Source: an archaeon (lineage in GTDB: Archaea; Iainarchaeota; Iainarchaeia; Iainarchaeales; CSSED10-239). Taken from it: 32,000 bases of DNA. Positions 16,770-26,206 of the stretch are shown here, in pieces. The notes beneath the pieces are model-generated. The model worked only from the letters and a program-made list of their open reading frames with translations, was not told the origin of the DNA and searched no databases. The stretch spans positions 90,001 through 122,000 of the forward strand of contig DAOOUC010000001.1 of the NCBI GenBank assembly GCA_035390665.1, given 5' to 3'. Both the position numbers and the translations under genes were made by a program. The number at the start of each line of letters is the position of its first letter. Position 1 is the stretch's first letter.

Positions 16770-18416
16770 ATGAAAACTTTATTAAAAAAACCAATAGTCA
16801 TTATTTGGATAATTATCTTATTATTTTCAATAGGATTACTATTAACAAAAGGAATTCAATATGGTGTTGATTTCTCTGGTGGAACTTCTTTTTCAATAGT
16901 TCTTGAAAAACCAGTAGAATCTGATGAGATGCCAAGGGTTGTTTCAATAATTAATAGAAGACTTGATTGGGCAGGTTTAAAGGATGCAAAGGTTACTTCG
17001 TCAGGTAATCAATATGTTACTGCGCAATTAGCAGAGTCAAATCCAGACGAGATTACAAGATTAAAAAACACACTTTTAAAACAAGGTAAATTTGAAGCAG
17101 TATTAGATGGAAACACCTTATTTGTTGGAGAAGATTTAATTACAATCTATAAAGATCCTGCAAAGGGTTATGGAATCACGCAAATAGACAGAAGCGGAGC
17201 AAGCCAATGGGTTTTACCATTTATGTTATCTCCAGAAGCTTCAAGAAGATTTGCAGAAATGACTTTCCATAAATGTACAGCAACAGGCTATGATTCTAAA
17301 AAAGTAGAATATGATTGTGAGAAAACTTATTTCTTTATTGACAGGCCAACGGATGCTATATTTATTGTAGATACAGAAACATATACAGATGAAAGGCAAG
17401 TTCCTGTTTCTCCAGAAGTTTCTGGAAGTGAAACAATTTCTTTTGAGGATATAATTTCACAAGTAAATACTAAATATTATGTTGTTGATTCAGAACTAAC
17501 AGAAAATGAAAGAACAGATATTTTATCAGATATTAACAAATATTCTAAAGTCATAGTTTCAGGTTCTGTTTCAGATAGTATCAAAAAAAAATTATCAGAT
17601 ATGGGTTATAGAGTAGTAGTAATTAACAAACCTGAGAACCAACCATGGATTTGGGAAGCAACAGGACTAAAATCCATAATTTCTTTAACAGAAGGCGTAG
17701 CGAATATGGCTGCTCCATCAACAAGTTCTCCAAAGTTTGAGACGTTTAATAGTTTAACAATTACAGGAAGCACTTCTTCAAAAGAAGATGCAAAACAAAG
17801 ACTTGATGATTTATTAGTTATCTTAGAATCAGGTTCTTTACCAATAGCAATTGAAAGCATAAGCACAGAGTCTATCTCTCCATATCTTGGAGATGAGTTT
17901 TTGGACAATTCTTTGTGGATTGGTTTAATTGCGTTGTTGACTGTTGCATTAGTATTATTCATTAGATACAAGGTATTTAATTTGATTTTCCCAATATTAA
18001 TCTCAGATATTTCTGAATTAATAATTTCTTTAGGTTTCTTGTCCTTAATACAATTTAGAGTTGATCTTGCAACAATTGCTGGAATTATTGCAGCTATTGG
18101 TACAGGTGTTGATCATGAAATCATAATCACAGATGAACTTTTAAAAGGCACAGGAAAAGACGAAGAAAAATCTGGTTTAAGTTTAACTGCAAAAATAAAG
18201 AACGCTTTCTTTATTATCTTTGCAGCTGTTGCTACAGTATTTGCAACAATGCTTCCAATTATTTTCTTTAATGTTGGATTAAGTAAATTTGTTGGATTTG
18301 CAATAACTGTAATGTTTGGTGCAGTACTTGGTGCATTTATAACAAGACCGGCATTTGCAGAGATTGCAAAAGTTGTTGTAGCACATCATGAAAAAAAACA
18401 AGAGAGTAAAAAATGA
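16770..18416 (+). CDS. secD: Protein translocase subunit SecD
   Basis: YGVDFSGGTSFSI; large periplasmic-type P1 domain; LATIAGIIAAIGTGVDHEIIITDE; LPIIFFNVGLSKFVGFAITVMFGAVLGAF. Confidence 0.88.
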   Translation: MKTLLKKPIVIIWIIILLFSIGLLLTKGIQYGVDFSGGTSFSIVLEKPVESDEMPRVVSIINRRLDWAGLKDAKVTSSGNQYVTAQLAESNPDEITRLKNTLLKQGKFEAVLDGNTLFVGEDLITIYKDPAKGYGITQIDRSGASQWVLPFMLSPEASRRFAEMTFHKCTATGYDSKKVEYDCEKTYFFIDRPTDAIFIVDTETYTDERQVPVSPEVSGSETISFEDIISQVNTKYYVVDSELTENERTDILSDINKYSKVIVSGSVSDSIKKKLSDMGYRVVVINKPENQPWIWEATGLKSIISLTEGVANMAAPSTSSPKFETFNSLTITGSTSSKEDAKQRLDDLLVILESGSLPIAIESISTESISPYLGDEFLDNSLWIGLIALLTVALVLFIRYKVFNLIFPILISDISELIISLGFLSLIQFRVDLATIAGIIAAIGTGVDHEIIITDELLKGTGKDEEKSGLSLTAKIKNAFFIIFAAVATVFATMLPIIFFNVGLSKFVGFAITVMFGAVLGAFITRPAFAEIAKVVVAHHEKKQESKK

Positions 18417-18853
18417 TTACACAAGCACAATTATTAGAGCTTTTAACTCCAGGAGTAATAAGCGGTTTAACTGCAGGAATGGTAGTTGTTCTAATTTTTG
18501 TGTTTATTCTTTGTTTGTTGTTTTTTATTGGCGCATATATTTACTATTGTCTTGTATGGTACCACCTTTCCAAGAAACTAAAATACAAAACAGCATGGTT
18601 AGCATGGATTCCAATTGCCAATCTTTTTTTAATGCCAATATTAGCAAAGAAGCATTGGGCATTAGGTTTTTTATTATTGATTCCAATAGTTAATATTGTT
18701 TTTTCAATAATCTGGTGCTGGGACATCTACAAGAAAAGAAAGTTTTCAGGGGCATTAAGCCTAGTAAAAGCAGGCTATGTGGTAATTCCATTAATTCCCT
18801 TTGTTTTTATTGCGGATTTTATAATAATGGGAATCATTGCTTTTGAGAAGTAA
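18413..18853 (+). CDS. Small multi-TM protein (DUF5684-like)
   Basis: ATGA overlap with secD. TAWLAWIPIANLFLMPILAKKHWALGFLLLIPIVNIVFSI resembles DUF5684-type membrane proteins. Confidence 0.55.
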   Translation: MITQAQLLELLTPGVISGLTAGMVVVLIFVFILCLLFFIGAYIYYCLVWYHLSKKLKYKTAWLAWIPIANLFLMPILAKKHWALGFLLLIPIVNIVFSIIWCWDIYKKRKFSGALSLVKAGYVVIPLIPFVFIADFIIMGIIAFEK

Positions 18854-19256
18854 TTTTTACAAGCCAAACAACCACAAACAGCATTAGAAACCAAGATATT
18901 ATGTGAAGCTCTTGATGCAAGCCTATCTTTTCTGATAGCATAACGATGATTATTCTTAACAGGTTTACTAAAAACAGCACAATTGTGCTTACTGCTATTG
19001 CTTTATTTGAAATCTTTTGTTTTATTGTCTTTAAGGCAATAACAACCCCTAGATAAGCAGAGACTGAGACAATCCCCGAACAATAAACCACAAAGTCAAA
19101 GGCCTCATAATTCACATTGTTTCCAAGAAGCCAAAAGATTAGTTTTTCTTCAAGACCAACTAAGAAGTTACCAAAAATAAAGACGCCGATAGCTAAAAAT
19201 AAGAAATAGCTAATAAAGAAAACCAAAATAAATCTAATCTTCTCTTTTGTGTTCAT
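18834..19256 (-). CDS. Minimal archaeosortase/exosortase-like membrane protein
   Basis: VVYCSGIVSVSAYLG (Cys59), VLFLVNLLRIIIVML (Arg101), LHQELHIISWFLMLF (His118), matching the C-(S/T)-G / NxxR(I) / H order of archaeosortases, within TM helices. Confidence 0.68.
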   Translation of the reverse strand: MNTKEKIRFILVFFISYFLFLAIGVFIFGNFLVGLEEKLIFWLLGNNVNYEAFDFVVYCSGIVSVSAYLGVVIALKTIKQKISNKAIAVSTIVLFLVNLLRIIIVMLSEKIGLHQELHIISWFLMLFVVVWLVKITSQKQ

Positions 19257-19294
19257 CTATTATATTATAAATAAATGTCTTTAAAATAGTTAGT

Positions 19295-19948
19295 TTATAT
19301 TAAACTAAAAACCAATAAAGATAGTCCACCAATAATTAATGTTGTTAAAAAATTAGTTTGACTATTATCAAGATATCCTTTGTTTTCAAATAGTGCTCCA
19401 ATAAAACTATCTATAATTGTTCCAAGCATTCCAAAGCTTGCAATTATTAATGAAATATTGAAGCTTACTTTAAAAATAAAATAAAATAATCCAAAACTAA
19501 AAGCTGAAACCATTAAAGCCCCAAATAACCCTAAGATTGTTATTCCGCCATTTGTTCCAGGTTCTACTTCTTTAAAATTAGTTATAAGTCTTGGTTTTAT
19601 TTTAGATAACCTTCCAATCTCTGAAGAAAGAGTATCAGAAAATGCTGCTGCAATTGTTGAAGCAGAAGCATAAATTTGTCCAAAAACAACTAACACCGTT
19701 CCAATAAGACAATTGCCTAAAAGATTAATGTAGTTTCTTTTTTCTTTTTTATTTTTAAGAACAACAGTTATTCCTTCTGCAATACAGAAATAAGAAAGAA
19801 GATAAATAAACAACATTATTTTTCCAAAATATAAAAATACTCCGCTCATTCCAAATATTATAGAAATAGTAAATAGGTCGTATTTTCTAGTAATAAAAAG
19901 AATAATTCCTAAAATATAAAAAAAAAGAAGATAGTAAATAAAACTCAT
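19295..19948 (-). CDS. DUF92 family membrane protein (phytyl-phosphate kinase VTE6-like family)
   Basis: SDTLSSEIGRLSKIKPRLITNFKEVEPGTNGGITILGLFGAL...GTIIDSFIGALFENKG...NFLTTLIIG. Confidence 0.8.
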   Translation of the reverse strand: MSFIYYLLFFYILGIILFITRKYDLFTISIIFGMSGVFLYFGKIMLFIYLLSYFCIAEGITVVLKNKKEKRNYINLLGNCLIGTVLVVFGQIYASASTIAAAFSDTLSSEIGRLSKIKPRLITNFKEVEPGTNGGITILGLFGALMVSAFSFGLFYFIFKVSFNISLIIASFGMLGTIIDSFIGALFENKGYLDNSQTNFLTTLIIGGLSLLVFSLI

Positions 19949-19957
19949 ATTCTTTCC

Positions 19958-20527
19958 TTATACAACCGTTACTTTAACAACCATAACTTTGTTAACATAA
20001 CCTAATTTTATAAGTTTTGCTTTACATCTTTCTGAAATGTGTTGAAATATTAAATCATTCCAGTTTTCTTTTGCTGTTTTTGCTGTAATCTCTTCAGTAA
20101 AGAAATCAACAATTGCTTTTCTTGCTTGTGTTCTTAAAGGTGTTGTGTATTTTGCACCAGTTATTGCAAGAATCTTTAATTTTAATTTGATTCCGTCTTT
20201 TGTTGTAACATAGAAAACTGGTTCAATCTTTGACTTTTGTCTTCTTATAAGTCTTCTAAGTAGGCTTGTTTTTGCTTCGAATTTTGAAATAACTGTGTCA
20301 GCTTTAGCGCCTGTTATTTTATTTATTTTAAAACTTACTTCAAAGCTTGAGTCTCTTATATTTCCTGTTAATTCATTTAATCCTTTCTTAACAACTCTTC
20401 CAATTAAGTTTTTAGGATTAATTGTGATTGTTTCTCCGATTTTCTTTTCATCAAAAGTAGTATCTGCAGAAACATCATACCATTTTTTCTTTTTCCATGT
20501 ATCAACTGTACTTTTTTTATCTGCCAT
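19958..20527 (-). CDS. 30S ribosomal protein eS1 (S3Ae)
   Basis: MADKKSTVDTWKKKKWYDVSAD...IGETI...LTGNI...RRLIRRQKSKIEPVFYVTTKDG...LRTQARKAIVDFF. Confidence 0.9.
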   Translation of the reverse strand: MADKKSTVDTWKKKKWYDVSADTTFDEKKIGETITINPKNLIGRVVKKGLNELTGNIRDSSFEVSFKINKITGAKADTVISKFEAKTSLLRRLIRRQKSKIEPVFYVTTKDGIKLKLKILAITGAKYTTPLRTQARKAIVDFFTEEITAKTAKENWNDLIFQHISERCKAKLIKLGYVNKVMVVKVTVV

Positions 20528-20541
20528 AATTTAAACACCCA

Positions 20542-20946
20542 TCACTTTACAAGTAGCTTTGCTGAGTCATCTGAGTATCTCCAATCGCTACTGATTTTTT
20601 TTGCTTTAATATAATGTTTTCTAAGTCTTTTAATTTTAGAAACAGTTTTTTGATATCCTCTTTTACCGCTTGTATCTTTTTTATTGTTTTCGTTATGTTT
20701 AATTAATTTAACACTTTTATTAATAAGATACAATAATTCGTCAGGTAATTTATCGTTTTTTAGATTAAGTTCTTTTTGAACCTTTCCAATCTTTTTACCT
20801 GTTGCCTCAAGAACAGAGTTAACTCCATATTTTTTTTTTAAAGTTAATCCAATTTCTGTTGTTGTCTTACCTTTCTTTGTAAGATCTTCAATTACATCAT
20901 ATATTTCTTTTTTATCTAAAACCTTTTTTTCTGTTTTATCACTCAT
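20542..20946 (-). CDS. 30S ribosomal protein uS15
   Basis: Archaeal/eukaryotic S15 pattern: IEDLTKKGKTTTEIGLTLKKKYGVNSV...LPDELLYLINKSVKLIKHNENNKKDTSGKRGYQKTVSKIKRLRKHY. Confidence 0.93.
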   Translation of the reverse strand: MSDKTEKKVLDKKEIYDVIEDLTKKGKTTTEIGLTLKKKYGVNSVLEATGKKIGKVQKELNLKNDKLPDELLYLINKSVKLIKHNENNKKDTSGKRGYQKTVSKIKRLRKHYIKAKKISSDWRYSDDSAKLLVK

Positions 20947-21093
20947 CGTTTAATCACTTTATTTTTATTAATATTAGTCAATTATTTATGTGGCGAATAA
21001 AATAATAACTAAAGAAGTTTTTTATACCAAAAAATTGGTTAATAATATATATTATCTGTTTCGATTTATTTAAATACGTTTTTATTTTGGTTT

Positions 21094-21657
21094 TTAAAGA
21101 TATCTTGCTCTTTTCTCTATAATCTCTATTTGGCTAAGGATCTTTGGTTCTTTTGTTTCTTTTTTATACCCGACTAAGATCTTTTCCCAGAATTTTTCTG
21201 TTTTTTTGCTTGCTTTTAAGGTTTTTTTAAAGACAAGAAGGTCTGTTGCCTTGTCTTCAATCTTGTTTGAAAGATAACCAAGGCCAAAGTCAATAAAGTA
21301 AATCTTTTTAGTCTTTGTTGTTAGAATATTAATAAGATTTAAGTCTCCATGTATTATTCCATTATTATGAAGTCTTGCAATTTCTTTTCCAATAGTTTCT
21401 AGATATTTTTCATGTTCTTTAGTATTTTCAATCTTTTCCATAATAATGGTGTTTTCTGTAACAGAGTAAACAACAGGAGTATTAAGACCTAAGCAACTTG
21501 CTTTTTTAAGAAGGGTTGCTTCTTGCTTGTTTCTTGTTTTAATTATTTTTTTATCAAGTACAGGGTCTCTATAGTCCTTAGATATCCTTTCTTTAATAAT
21601 ATTCTTGCCTTTAGAAAAGATTTTAGCTTCAGCACCACTATTGATTTCTTTACTCAT
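21094..21657 (-). CDS. KEOPS-associated kinase Bud32-like
   Basis: GAEAKIFSKGKNIIKERISKDYRDPVLDK...TRNKQEATLLKKA...IGKEIARLHNNGIIHGDLNLINILT...YFIDFGLG. Start placed at internal ATG 21657. Confidence 0.88.
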   Translation of the reverse strand: MSKEINSGAEAKIFSKGKNIIKERISKDYRDPVLDKKIIKTRNKQEATLLKKASCLGLNTPVVYSVTENTIIMEKIENTKEHEKYLETIGKEIARLHNNGIIHGDLNLINILTTKTKKIYFIDFGLGYLSNKIEDKATDLLVFKKTLKASKKTEKFWEKILVGYKKETKEPKILSQIEIIEKRARYL

Positions 21658-22159
21658 CAAAACACATCTCAAGTTCAAGTGCTTTTTCTTTTAGGCCTTC
21701 TATGTCGTAATTAGTTAGTGCATCAATATAACTATTCCAATAGATTTTATTAAGTTTCTTAGAATAAGTATTATTAAATTTTTCAAGAAGCAATTCTTTA
21801 TTTTGAATTTGCATTTCAATTCTTGCAACTGTGCTTCTTGTAATACACCTTGTTTCAAGTTGAGAGTACTCTAAATGTCTATTAATCTTTTTAGCTTCAA
21901 GCATTAAATCAAGATATTCTGTAATTGGTCTTGTGTATTTGTCTTGATTTAGTTCTTCTAATTTTATTTTATATTCTATGTAATTTTCAGGAACAAGATA
22001 ATTAGAAGTTATAAGATATTCTTCATTAATTTTAGATATTTTATTTATTTGAAAATTAGCAATAAAACCAATAAACAAGAAGATAATAAGTGCAGTTATA
22101 GCTAAAATAACCAAATGTCCCAATATTGTTGTTGGTTTTCTTTTGGATGCTAATGACAT
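21650..22159 (-). CDS. Hypothetical protein with one N-terminal TM helix
   Basis: Overlaps both valS (10 nt) and the Bud32-like gene (8 nt); N-terminal helix GHLVILAITALIIFLFIGFIANF. Confidence 0.6.
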   Translation of the reverse strand: MSLASKRKPTTILGHLVILAITALIIFLFIGFIANFQINKISKINEEYLITSNYLVPENYIEYKIKLEELNQDKYTRPITEYLDLMLEAKKINRHLEYSQLETRCITRSTVARIEMQIQNKELLLEKFNNTYSKKLNKIYWNSYIDALTNYDIEGLKEKALELEMCFDE

Positions 22160-24522
22160 ATTATTTCACTTGTATTTGTGTATTCTATATTATATATATT
22201 ATGTGTCTTTTTTATATCTTTTTCTATTTTCTCAAATTTCTTATTTATCTGAATTTTCTCTATTTTGTCCTTTAAAGATAGATTATTTTCTTTCTTGTAT
22301 TTCCAAATTGTATTGTTAAGGTTTTCAATATCTTCTAAATTCAAAATGCTTTCGTATTTTTCTGTAGTTGGGTATTTTTCAAGATTTATGTCTTTATTAT
22401 AAAGTTCTTTAGATATAATTGAAGTTGTAAATGGAGTTATTGGATATAATAAAACCAAAAACCTTTCTAAACAATAATTAAGAGTATCAATTGCTCCGTT
22501 CTGTTCTTCTTTTGAAAATTCTCCTTCTTGATTATATGCTCTGCTTTTTACAAGCTCTAAGTAGTTTGAAGAAAAAGTTGTCCATAAGAAGTATTTAAGT
22601 TTTACAATAGGGTTATGAAAGTCATATGCCTTATATTGTTCATCACAATAATCAATAATTTCATTTATTTCTTTTCTTAAAAGTTTATCAAGTTCAGTAT
22701 ATTCTGCGTTTATTCCTTCATTTCTTTTAAATTGAGAAATAAACTTAGATGCATTCCAAAGTTTGTTTAGGGTTTTTTGTTCTGAAGATATTCTGTCTTT
22801 AGAGCACTTCAAGTCCTTTTCATTTAGATTTCCTTCATCAGCAACCCAAAGTCTTAAAGATTCTGCACCGTAATCTCTTAATATCTCTTGAGGATCTACA
22901 ACATTCCCAAGAGATTTAGCCATCTTGTTTCCTTTGTCGTCTAGAATATGCTGATGTATATAAACATCATCAAAAATTATATTTCCTGTAAACAAGTAAC
23001 ACTTAAGAAGAGTGTAATACAACCAAGTTCTTACAATTTCTTTTCCTTGTGGTCTTAGAGTACAAACAGGGTGTTTATTGTAAAATTCAGTTCCATAGTT
23101 TAAAACAAACAAAGGAGATATGGATGAATCAAACCAAGTATCAAAAACTCTTTGTTCTCCTTCTATCTCTTGACTGCCACATTTTGGACAGCTATTAACT
23201 GGTGCTTTTTCACACCAAGGTTTTTGATATTTTCCAGAGGTTCCTAATATTGCTTCTCCGCAAGTTTTACAATACCAGATAGGAATTTCAGTTGCATAAT
23301 ATCTTCTTCTAGATATTGGCCAATCAATAGAAACAACATCTAACCAGTCAAGAAGTATTTTTTTAGTTGCAGGGTTTGTAAAGTTTACTTTTTCAGCAAT
23401 TTTTCTCATTTCTTCAATATAGTCTAATTGTTTAAGATAATATTCCTTTAAAGAAATAAATTCAATTTCGTCTTTTGATCTCTCACAGATTGGAACTTTG
23501 TGTTGTATTGTTTTTTCTTCAGTAACAAGATTGTTTGCTTTTAGTTCTTCAATCATTTTTTGTCTTGCTTCTTTTACTTTTAGGCCTTCTAAAAATCCTG
23601 CATTGTTATTCATTTTTCCAGTAATATCAATTGACATTATTGGTTTAATTCCTTGTTCCATGAAAAATCTAATATCTGAATAATCTCCTGCAGAACACAT
23701 CATGACTAGCCCAGTTCCCTTATCAACTTTTGCTTGAGGATGAGATTTGATTGGAACTTCTCTATTAAACAAAGGAGAAATTGCAGTTTTTCCTTCAAGC
23801 TTTTGCCAACGTTCATCTTCTGGATTAAATATAACCATTCCAAGAGAGCAAACAAGTTCTGGTCTTGTTGTTGCGATTGGTATTTTTTCTCCTGTTTCTT
23901 TAACACTAAAAAGTATTGTATAAAATTTAGAATCAACAATTGCATAATCTATCTCAGAATCAGCAAGAGTAGTTTTACAACCAGGGCAATAGTTTGTTAC
24001 TTTTTCATCAAGGTAGATAAGCCCTTTGTTGTAAAGTTCAATAAATGTAGTTTGAGTGAGTGCTCTGTATTTGTCTGAATCCGTTTTATATAAAGAACCA
24101 ATTTTTCCATTTTCGTCATAGGTATTAAAAGAAATTCCAAGTTCTTTAAAGGTTTTGCTTGTTTGGTTGGAGGTTTCTTCAAGAAGTTGTTTACAATAGT
24201 TTACATATTCAACTCTTGGAGTATTAAGAATAGACATTTTAAATTTCTTTTCTGCAGCCATTTCAATAGGAAGTCCATTTCTATCAAGTCCATAAGGAAA
24301 TAATACATTAAATCCTTTTTGTCTTTTGTATCTAGAAATAAAATCCATTATTGCATAGGTTGAAGCATGCCCCATATGTACTGGACTATTGATGTATGGT
24401 GGTGGCGTGTCTATACTATATACTGGAGAATTATCTTTTTCTTTAAATTCAAATATTTTAGAATCTATTTCTTTTTGAATAATTTCTTTTTCAAGTTCCT
24501 TGTTCCATTTTTCTAATGCCAT
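22150..24522 (-). CDS. valS: Valyl-tRNA synthetase
   Basis: Class I motifs HMGHASTY (HIGH) and KMAKS (KMSKS); GLDRNGLPIE; editing domain IPIATTRPELVCSLGMVIFNPED; C-x2-C pairs. Confidence 0.92.
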   Translation of the reverse strand: MALEKWNKELEKEIIQKEIDSKIFEFKEKDNSPVYSIDTPPPYINSPVHMGHASTYAIMDFISRYKRQKGFNVLFPYGLDRNGLPIEMAAEKKFKMSILNTPRVEYVNYCKQLLEETSNQTSKTFKELGISFNTYDENGKIGSLYKTDSDKYRALTQTTFIELYNKGLIYLDEKVTNYCPGCKTTLADSEIDYAIVDSKFYTILFSVKETGEKIPIATTRPELVCSLGMVIFNPEDERWQKLEGKTAISPLFNREVPIKSHPQAKVDKGTGLVMMCSAGDYSDIRFFMEQGIKPIMSIDITGKMNNNAGFLEGLKVKEARQKMIEELKANNLVTEEKTIQHKVPICERSKDEIEFISLKEYYLKQLDYIEEMRKIAEKVNFTNPATKKILLDWLDVVSIDWPISRRRYYATEIPIWYCKTCGEAILGTSGKYQKPWCEKAPVNSCPKCGSQEIEGEQRVFDTWFDSSISPLFVLNYGTEFYNKHPVCTLRPQGKEIVRTWLYYTLLKCYLFTGNIIFDDVYIHQHILDDKGNKMAKSLGNVVDPQEILRDYGAESLRLWVADEGNLNEKDLKCSKDRISSEQKTLNKLWNASKFISQFKRNEGINAEYTELDKLLRKEINEIIDYCDEQYKAYDFHNPIVKLKYFLWTTFSSNYLELVKSRAYNQEGEFSKEEQNGAIDTLNYCLERFLVLLYPITPFTTSIISKELYNKDINLEKYPTTEKYESILNLEDIENLNNTIWKYKKENNLSLKDKIEKIQINKKFEKIEKDIKKTHNIYNIEYTNTSEIICH

Positions 24523-24586
24523 TTATGATTACCTTGTTAAATATAATATATATTTATGAAAATTAATAATTAAAAATAGAATTGTT

Positions 24587-25240
24587 TTAGATTTTATTAA
24601 TTTGTTTAATGTATTTAATAAGTATTTTGTTTGCCTTTATTTCATTGTCGTGAGCATTAATTTGTTCAATGATCTTTTCAACTTTTGCTTGAGCATTTTC
24701 GGATTTAAACTGTTGTTTCTTTTTGTTATGGTCTCCTATGTTGTTATCTTTGTAAATTATTGATTTATTAACAGTGTCTGATAGTTTCTTTCTGTAATCA
24801 TAGTCTACTAAAAAAGTATCTAGTAAAGTTTCATAAGCAGGATCCATTAATACCTCGTCTGTTAGTTTAGTGCTAATAACATCTTCCTTATATTCAGGAT
24901 TAATCATTTGTTTGATTTTATGTTGCCAGAATTTCTTCTTAAAAATCATTGTTGCTTTTACTTTCTTGTAGTAATTTTCTGCTTGACTTTTTTCTTTTTC
25001 CCAAAAGTTTTTTAGTTTCTTTAGTTTAGAATTTGTGGCCTCAAGATCATCAATTTTTAATTGTAAATCTGAAATTTTAGGATGAATTATTCTTTTATTT
25101 TCAATAATTATAAATTTTCTTTTAAAAAATAGGTCCAAATAAGGCTTATCATTTGTTTTTTCTAGTCTAAACTCTTGCAAGAATGCTTCGTAGTTGTTTA
25201 TTGTTTTGGATAATGGCATATTTAAACACATTAAGCCCAT
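24587..25240 (-). CDS. Hypothetical coiled-coil-rich protein
   Basis: Open frame with charged helical composition. The ORF track start is TTG at 25270; ATG at 25240, 25231 or 25219 are more plausible given a TTTATATT element near 25270-25278. Confidence 0.5.
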   Translation of the reverse strand: MGLMCLNMPLSKTINNYEAFLQEFRLEKTNDKPYLDLFFKRKFIIIENKRIIHPKISDLQLKIDDLEATNSKLKKLKNFWEKEKSQAENYYKKVKATMIFKKKFWQHKIKQMINPEYKEDVISTKLTDEVLMDPAYETLLDTFLVDYDYRKKLSDTVNKSIIYKDNNIGDHNKKKQQFKSENAQAKVEKIIEQINAHDNEIKANKILIKYIKQINKI

Positions 25241-25303
25241 TGTATTTAGATAAAATTTTAGTAAACACAATATAAAAAAGTAAAGCTAAATGTTTTTAAA
25301 GCT

Positions 25304-25519
25304 TTATAATCTTTCAAATTCGTCTTTAGAAATGTTTAAGGTCTTTAAAATCTGATGTATTGTTCCAATTTTTAAAATTTTGTGATTAGGAATAACAAGT
25401 ATTTTATTTTCCTGATTTTTAAAAATAAGGTGGCTCCCTTTTTGTCTAATTAATTTATATCCTTGTTTTTCAATAATTTCACAAACGTACTTTGAAGAAG
25501 TGTTTTGTAATTTAGACAT
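25304..25519 (-). CDS. HicA-like toxin (YcfA family)
   Basis: CEIIEKQGYKLIRQKGSHLIFKN...ILVIPNHKILKIGTIHQILKTLNISKDEF has the HicA GSH motif. GTG 25525 or ATG 25519 start. Confidence 0.8.
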   Translation of the reverse strand: MSKLQNTSSKYVCEIIEKQGYKLIRQKGSHLIFKNQENKILVIPNHKILKIGTIHQILKTLNISKDEFERL

Positions 25520-25745
25520 TAACACTCACTTGCATTTGTTTAATAGAAATCGAAGACACAAGATTTTTTAATTTGGTTTTATTTATTTCTTCAGTGTATA
25601 TCTCTATTGCTTCTTTAATATTTTTTAGAGTATCTTTCTCTGTTTCTCCTTCAGAAATACAACCAGGAAGAGAAGGCACATATGCAGTATATCCCCCTTC
25701 TTCTTGCTTTTCTAAAATTATATCAAATTTCATAGTCTTTTTCAT
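25512..25745 (-). CDS. HicB-like antitoxin (UPF0150 fold)
   Basis: MKFDIILEKQEEGGYTAYVPSLPGCISEGETEKDTLKNIKEAIEIYTEE is the HicB N-terminal signature. The upstream extension in the ORF track (to 25844) is probably spurious. Confidence 0.82.
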   Translation of the reverse strand: MKKTMKFDIILEKQEEGGYTAYVPSLPGCISEGETEKDTLKNIKEAIEIYTEEINKTKLKNLVSSISIKQMQVSVNV

Positions 25746-25883
25746 ATATATTACTGATTTAATATATTTAAATATAGCTGGTTTTGTTTTTTGGAATTGT
25801 GAGAATTTTTCAAATAATTTTTTGATAATTACAAAAATTTCCATTTATAATTATTTCTTATCTTAATATATATGTGATAATTT

Positions 25884-26204
25884 ATGTTTGGCGGAATAGA
25901 TCCTAGAAGAATGCAATCAATGATGAAACAAATGGGTATTGAAAATACAGAAATACCTGCAAAAAGAGTAATCATTGAAACTGATTCTAAAAGAATAATT
26001 ATTGAAAACCCAAATGTTACTCAAGTTTCTATGCAAGGACAAAAGACTTTTCAAATAATGGGCGAAGTAAGAGAAGAAACAGGCATTCCAGAAGAAGATA
26101 TTCAAATGGTAATAGATGCAACAAAAAAATCAAAAGAAGAAGCAAGAAAAGCATTAGAAAAAGAAAATGGAGATATAGCAAAAGCAATTGAATCTCTTCA
26201 ATAG
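25884..26204 (+). CDS. nac: Nascent polypeptide-associated complex protein (archaeal NAC)
   Basis: MFGGIDPRRMQSMMKQMGI; VTQVSMQGQKTFQIMG; C-terminal UBA DIQMVIDATKKSKEEARKALEKENGDIAKAIESL. Confidence 0.93.
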   Translation: MFGGIDPRRMQSMMKQMGIENTEIPAKRVIIETDSKRIIIENPNVTQVSMQGQKTFQIMGEVREETGIPEEDIQMVIDATKKSKEEARKALEKENGDIAKAIESLQ

Positions 26205-26206
26205 TT

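Noticed and set aside
20947-21093. Possible structured RNA or tRNA in the gap between uS15 and the Bud32-like gene
   Set aside because: Only a short ACCAA/TTGGT inverted repeat and AT-rich TATA-like sequence; no cloverleaf or T-loop consensus.
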